A DNA stretch of 64,000 nt from Eledone cirrhosa (lineage: Eukaryota), in contig OZ024742.1 in assembly GCA_964016885.1 (NCBI GenBank), forward strand, positions 178,870,001 to 178,934,000, read 5' to 3'. The translations under genes were made by a program, and so were the position numbers. The stretch's first letter is position 1; each line of letters opens with the position of its first letter. The notes beneath the pieces were generated by a model, which was given only the letters and a program-made list of their open reading frames with translations, made no database searches and was not told the DNA's origin. This document shows, one piece after another, positions 57,190 through 64,000 of this stretch.

Positions 57190-57590
57190 TGACAGACAAA
57201 TCTCAAGCCTTGGCGTTCCACGGTTACTTGTTCAGAAGTATCATACGTATATTGATTGTTGAGTGATTACTCTTCAGCTCGTCTTTGTACCTGAGCAATG
57301 GCCATCCAACAATTCTATGTCCACTATCTAGTTGACTGAATATGAGGACTTTAGGTAGTTTTTCGTCATTCGTTCTAAAAGCATGATCAGTCTAGCAGGG
57401 TTCTGATTACATTAGAATGGTCTCAATGTCTCCAATTTTGCACTTAGTGATGAGGTTGACGTTAAATATTTTGTCTTCGAGGGTGTAACCAGATTGCCCG
57501 AAGACAACCTCTATGAAAGACGTTTAGTTAGTTGATGTCAATTTGCACGTAGTGGATAACGCGACAGCTGCAGCTGTCTGCCAAGTTATA
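57190..57590 (-). mobile_element. Decayed RTE-like LINE 3' fragment
   Basis: The minus strand gives RM...LPKVLIFSQLDSGHRIVGWP..RYKDELK-like sequence (read across frames). Confidence 0.55.
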
Positions 57591-57598
57591 CATGTGAG

Positions 57599-57641
<43 letters not shown>

Positions 57642-57767
57642 TAAAGTAATGAATAAACAAAGAAACAGTTCCTTATATTAAAAGAATTCATCATTTTACG
57701 ATCGTTTCTAGGATATATAAATATACATTTTTGGTAGATTTAACTACATATATATATATATATATAT

Positions 57768-58012
57768 ATACGACATTAAACAAATGGAAACTATATTTAT
57801 AAAACCATATTTATTTCATTATACATATTTCAGGGATACCATATTAAAAATATGGCATGCCTTCGTCAGATAAAATACAATATATAAACAGTTTTATAAA
57901 TAATTTTGACGTACCCTATCGTATATCTACTCCCAAAACTTGTCGAGTGCTTTATATCAGTTATAAAATATTTACTTGTTGTAACCCAACAATTTTAAAT
58001 AAAAGTTTTGCA
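57768..58012. mobile_element. Family B mini-element, hammerhead 57812-57877 (-)
   Basis: Reverse complement of 5833-6050 but with a different internal junction; tail ACTC...GAGTGCT. Confidence 0.85.
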
Positions 58013-58280
58013 TATATATATATATTTCGTTTCTGAATTTGTTTAGCAAGATTCTTTATCTGAAAACATGTGTTGAAACCGATATTGTTATACTTTGGGA
58101 GGGTCCGGTTGTGGAACCAACCAACCAACCAACCGGAAATTTATAAATTTCTTAAATTTATAAATTTAATTTATAATAAATTGGAGTGAAAGCAACTGGT
58201 GCATGTGTTTTTATTATTGGCAACATGACCCTCCCAAAGTATAACAATATATATATATATGTACATATATATATATATAT

Positions 58281-58735
<455 letters not shown>

Positions 58736-58868
58736 GAAAGCAGCGATTCTTTGCTTAAACTTTAATCTGTTATTTTAATAAATATTTGCTCTACGGTTCT
58801 TATATATATGATATATGTATCCTTATCGAGCCCTCTTTGGATTTTAGTCTTCAAATTTATTATTATTA

Positions 58869-58945
<77 letters not shown>

Positions 58946-59006
58946 TTGAAAAAAAATGAAAACGAAATTTCATTTCTCACTCTTAGTATGGCACTTACTG
59001 GGTAAA

Positions 59007-59047
59007 CGGTGCTGATGATAGCTAACAAGCTTGAAACTAGTACATCG
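59007..59047 (+). ncRNA. Minimal hammerhead ribozyme motif
   Basis: CGGTG-CTGATGA-T-AGCT aaca AGCT-T-GAAA-CTAG-TA-CATCG. Confidence 0.85.
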
Positions 59048-59220
59048 TTCCTGTGTCAGTGTTGAACAAAAAGGTGACGTGGTTGCCTTAACACCGTATG
59101 GCATAAATTCAGGCTGTTCGGTTTGTTGACAAACAAACGAACAAAGCGGCCGGCGTTATAATAAACGTCGGCTAAACTGATGCGTGCATATATGTATGTG
59201 TACCTGTATGCATATGTGTA

Positions 59221-59253
<33 letters not shown>

Positions 59254-59309
59254 GCATGCTACTGTACGTCTGTATACATATATGTATGTACGTATACATA
59301 CATACTTAC

Positions 59310-59344
<35 letters not shown>

Positions 59345-59689
59345 CGTGTGTGTATGTGTGTGTGTGTTAAATATTTCCGTAGAAAAGATAAAGGAAAGAA
59401 GAGTGCTCTATGTATTGTACATAGCTATTTGATTACATAATAAACAACACAATATAATTATCCCATTACCAAAGGTTTCATGGGACTAGATGATCCTTAC
59501 AGAAACGTCCAGCTCGTTCATCATATATATATATATACATGTGTGTGTATATACACATATATATATATATACATATACGTATGTATTGAGCGGATGTATG
59601 CAATTTGGTTGGCTTATGTATAGTAAATATCAATTTCTATCTATCGGTTCGCTTCGTTGTATGAAGAGACGACGCTCTAGCGATACGAA

Positions 59690-60235
59690 CAGACATACAC
59701 AAGGCATAGTAAGAAAAGATATACAAGTCTTTAGATACTTCAACATAAAAATCAATACAGACGCTAACCTGACCACTGTAAATTTCCTAGATGTAATCAT
59801 AGACCTAGAGAATAAGAATACAAACAAACCTTATAAAAATCGAAGGAGAGGTTATCTTACATAAGCGCTGGATTCTGCCATCTCCATCTAGTCAAACAGA
59901 TAAGTAGGAGAATGTCCAACATCTCATCTAGCAGAGATATATGTAACAAATCAGCCACCCTTTAAAACAATGCCATAGAAGACAGTGGCTTTCAAGAGAA
60001 AATTAATTACAGACTCAAAGAAATAAAAGCCGAAATCGCTGAATATCGAAAACTAACATTGGCAGAACATTCCTAGCTCTAACTGACAAACACTTTCCCG
60101 CTTACCATATATACAGGAAGCTATTTAACAGGCATAATCTTAAGATCAGTTTTAGCTTCATGTCCAATTTCAAAAGTATAGTAACAAACAAACCCTAACT
60201 ACCTAATGTAGCCGGGTGCACTTGTAGGAACAGAG
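59690..60235 (+). pseudogene. Heavily decayed Penelope-like RT/thumb fragment (different family)
   Basis: LTTVNFLDVIIDL...KPYK followed by RMSNISS-like sequence. Confidence 0.6.
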
Positions 60236-60543
60236 ATACATGACACAAGATATGGATTGTAAAACTCTATCTCTTTATGGCAATACTATCTGATGTATGT
60301 AGATGTTAGGTTGTGGTATAATGAGGTTGTTTTGGCTGCATTTTTCTAGCAGGGCAAGCGCTTACATAATGATTTCAATTATTGTTGTTATCAATGGTTG
60401 AGTTAATTTAGCTGTGAAATTATATTGAGATACGTTGGGAAATAAATTTGTGAATTTAAAGGGGATTATTCCGAGCTGGAAGCGAATTTGATTCGCCGAG
60501 ATCATAAACATCATATTTGTAGACTAATGACATTCACCTCATT

Positions 60544-60642
<99 letters not shown>

Positions 60643-60689
60643 TAGTTCCACAACAGTTAGTTCACCATTACCGAGAACAAATTTTTCAT

Positions 60690-60760
<71 letters not shown>

Positions 60761-61102
60761 ATTCTTTATATGACATAAACAATAACAGTAGAATTATCAA
60801 TATGAACAACTAGCAGAACGAACAACATCAGCTATCACAGCAAAAACAACATAACTATCATGGCGTACCTTCCAGACATGTTCTCTGATGTTACTATGCA
60901 TTCGTCCAAAAACCGTCCCAAACCTTTATAACTATATATTTTTTCTTTCTGTTGAATAAAATAAGGGTCGTGGAGAAACACTTCTAAAGACGATGTTAAC
61001 CATATATTTGGTTAATGAATCATTGGTTAGCAATGCTTGTTTTCGTATCCTTCCATGGGAAGAATCCTCGGAATACAAAATTGCAGTTGCAATATAAATA
61101 AT

Positions 61103-61288
61103 TCTTTCTACTTTTTGTCACAAGGCCAGTAATTACCCAGTACATTACTGGTACTTTATTTTATCGACCCCGTAAGGATGAAAGGCAAAGTTAACCTCGA
61201 CGGGATTTGAACTCAGAATGGCAAGGGCCGTAACTCTATGCGTCAAAGCATGGCGTCCGACCCTCTACCGATACTGCCAATTCACCGT
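61103..61288 (-). mobile_element. tRNA-derived SINE with 17-bp TSD
   Basis: Same family core; TSD gttgcaatataaataat. Confidence 0.9.
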
Positions 61289-62074
61289 TTTGTTGCAATA
61301 TAAATAATACGTACAGGACTAAAGTTGAGGGACGGTCCGTGCTTATACGGTATGCTAGAAATGCTAAAAAGTTTCCTTGAAAACATAATTTCTGAATGGA
61401 AGCCGGAAATATTGGATATTGGATATTGCTGTCGTAGAAAGATGGTATTGTCACGACTAGAATGATTTTTTAAATATAAATCTGTTCTGTCGTGTCTGAC
61501 ATGTAGTCTACGGTCTAAAGTCTGTCTGAAGCCTGGAGGCCCGTGTTTATTCTGAATTCATCGGCGTTAAGAGACTGAGTGTACAAGACTCCCCTCTGGA
61601 CAGGACGCCATCCATCGCCTGGTTAACACCCCAGATTAACAGCTGAAACTTATTTTCAGCTGAATATACTGGATAAACGCGAGATGTAGTGTTTTGCTCA
61701 AGAATCGAACGTACAACCCAAACCATGACATTGTGATCATAAATCCAATACTCTAACAACCAGGCAACATTCCTTCACTGTACCCAAACAATAAAAACAA
61801 GAGCTATTGAAATTATATATTGTAAACATAGCATTTTATTCAGTTTATCACCACCATCTGGTCACTGGGTGTCTTTAGCAGAATCTACACTGATTCAGTC
61901 ATTCGAGCCCTGGCTCCTGTAGTACGATGCTGTCTTCTCACTCTCCCACTAATATCGAAGATCCTGATAATTTTCATGGACTCTAGCTTTCTCTCCTTGA
62001 CTGAGCAAACGGGTGGTATAAACAACAAAACGAGGTGGTATAAACAGTAGAAATATAAATTAGAAAAAAGACAC

Positions 62075-62275
62075 AGAAAATGACACAGTCACCTTACTTT
62101 GATATATACCGAAGCACACGGGCAATGAAATGATGGCTAACCGACAAAATATTGTTATTAAGGACATCAAAAGAAGAAATACCTGCTAATTAATGTATCG
62201 GTACCAACAGAAAATAATAAAAATGAAGAAATTATAGAAAGTGCAAAGATCTGGAAATAGAGATAACCAGAAAGG
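62075..62275 (+). mobile_element. Decayed R4/Dong RLE fragment
   Basis: ANR.NIVIKD...CLLI..SVP...K..KCKDLEIEITR-like translation across frames. Confidence 0.5.
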
Positions 62276-62794
62276 GGAGAAAGGTGGACAGATGGGCAGG
62301 TGGGCAGGTGAATTGCTGTAATATTTCTTGGTGAAAGTCGATTATGTCGATCTTTAATAGTTAACTGGTATTTTATTTTAACGATGCCGGAAGGTAAAAA
62401 AGCAAAACTGGGCCCAGAACATAAATAAATGCCGCAAAAGATTCTGCCCTAAGCTCTACCGATTCTGCCCTAAGCTCTACCGATTCTGCGTTTGGGAATG
62501 ATTAAAAGACATGCAGGCAAATATATAACCAAAACCTTAGGGTTAACGCATATGAGTAACATATTGAAAATAGCACTACTAGGCACTGCACACATATTAC
62601 GTAAAGTACTTTCAATACAATAAAAACAACAACCTAAACACACTGCACACGTTCAAGGCTCATATAGCTGCACTCCGTAGTGCTGTGATACCAATAAGAA
62701 CAAGTGCAAAAAATACCAACAAAAATATGGCGTATAACATAGCAAACAAAATGTACTCGATTATGTTGAGAAAGAGAACGATGATGTTGACCCG

Positions 62795-63430
62795 GACGAC
62801 GACGATGATGGTGGCGGTGGTGATGGTGGCGGTGGTGATGGTGGTGGTGGTGATTGTGGTGATGAATGTGGTGGTGATTGTAGTGGTGGTGATTTTGGTG
62901 GTGGTGATTGTGGTGATGAATGTGGTGGTGATGGTGGTGATGATTGTGGTGGTGATGGTGGTGATGATTGTGGTGGTGATGGTGGTGGTGATGGTGGTGA
63001 TGATTGTGGTGGTGATGGTGGTGATTGTGGTGATGGTGGTGATGGTGGTGGTGATGGTGATGGTGATGGCGGCGGTGGTGATGATGGTGGTGGTGATGGT
63101 GGTGGTGGTGGTGCTGGTGGTTTTGATGGTGGTGGTGATGGCGGTGGTGATGGACGTGGCGATGGTGGTGGTGATGATGGTGGTGATGGTGGTGGTGGTG
63201 ATGGTGGCGGTGGTGATGGTGGTGGTGATGGTGGCGGTGGTGATGGTGGTGGTGATGATGGTGGTGGTGATAGTGGTAATGGTGATGGTGGTGGTAGTGA
63301 TGGTGGTTTTGATGGCAGTGGTGATTGTGGTGGTGGAGATGGTGGTGATGGTGATGGTGTTTGGTAGTGATGGTGGTGAAGATGTTAGTGCTAATGGTGA
63401 TTGTGATGATGATGATGAAGATGAGAAGGA
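62795..63430. repeat. (GGT/GAT)n low-complexity tract
   Basis: Seen directly; (GAA)n and (CAA)n tracts follow up to about 63920. Confidence 0.9.
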
Positions 63431-63611
63431 GGCGGAGGAGGAGGGGAGACAGTGGAGGAGGAGGGGAACATGGGTATCATAATGAGGCTGATGATGATGA
63501 CCATAGTTACAATGATGTCGAAGATGAAGAAGGAAATTAAATAAAGTGAACTTCAAGAACAAGAACGACTATATAGGTAACAACACAGGAGGAGGAGGAG
63601 GAGGTGAAGAA

Positions 63612-63646
<35 letters not shown>

Positions 63647-63793
63647 AGAAGAAGAAGAAGAAGAAGAAGAAGAAGAAAATATAAAAGGACAACAACAACA
63701 ACAATAATTATAATAATTGTTTCAAATTTTGGCAAGTATTGCACTTGTATTTTATTGTATCGACCTTGGTAGGATGAATGGCAAAGTTGACCC

Positions 63794-63841
<48 letters not shown>

Positions 63842-63924
63842 AACAACAGCAACAACAACAACAACAATAACAACAATATTCATAATATTAATACAATAAT
63901 GATAATGATGATAATGATAATAAA

Positions 63925-64000
63925 AACTTGTATGAACATAAACTACAACCAATAACTGAAACTGAAGGAGTAACAATCCTTTGGGACTTTACCATTCACA
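63925..64000 (+). mobile_element. Start of an R4/Dong-type RLE fragment after a (TAA)-like repeat
   Basis: Translates YEHKLQPITETEGVTILWDFTIH. Confidence 0.55.

Noticed and set aside
62660-63562. Mucin-like poly-Thr ORF with hydrophobic tail
   Set aside because: (GGT/GAT)n tract open on both strands; no splice or homology support.

Overview
AT-rich, microsatellite-saturated animal genomic DNA; the SINE and repeat content suggests an octopus or other cephalopod (inference). There is one host gene: the last two coding exons of a minus-strand K50 paired-class homeobox gene, goosecoid (15468-15676 and 10535-10765); its first exon was not found. The rest is mostly mobile DNA: a decayed Penelope-like element (RT + GIY-YIG), an RTE LINE, R4/Dong-type RLE LINE fragments, tRNA-derived SINEs, a Helitron and MITEs. 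The main hidden signal is that the 100-600 bp islands between (TA)n tracts are not random. About 17 sequence families carry type-I hammerhead ribozyme motifs (CUGANGA...GAAA...UH with paired stems I/II and a usually palindromic stem/loop III), about 30 copies in all. Most are asymmetric inverted repeats whose short arm stops just upstream of a covarying RCTC...GAGY hairpin. Some families have unusual cores (U3-A8 covariation, 10.1/11.1 mismatches, CUGAAGGA). This looks like a diverse, (TA)n-associated population of Penelope pseudo-LTR/ribozyme mini-elements. All folds were read by eye; none was computed or tested.
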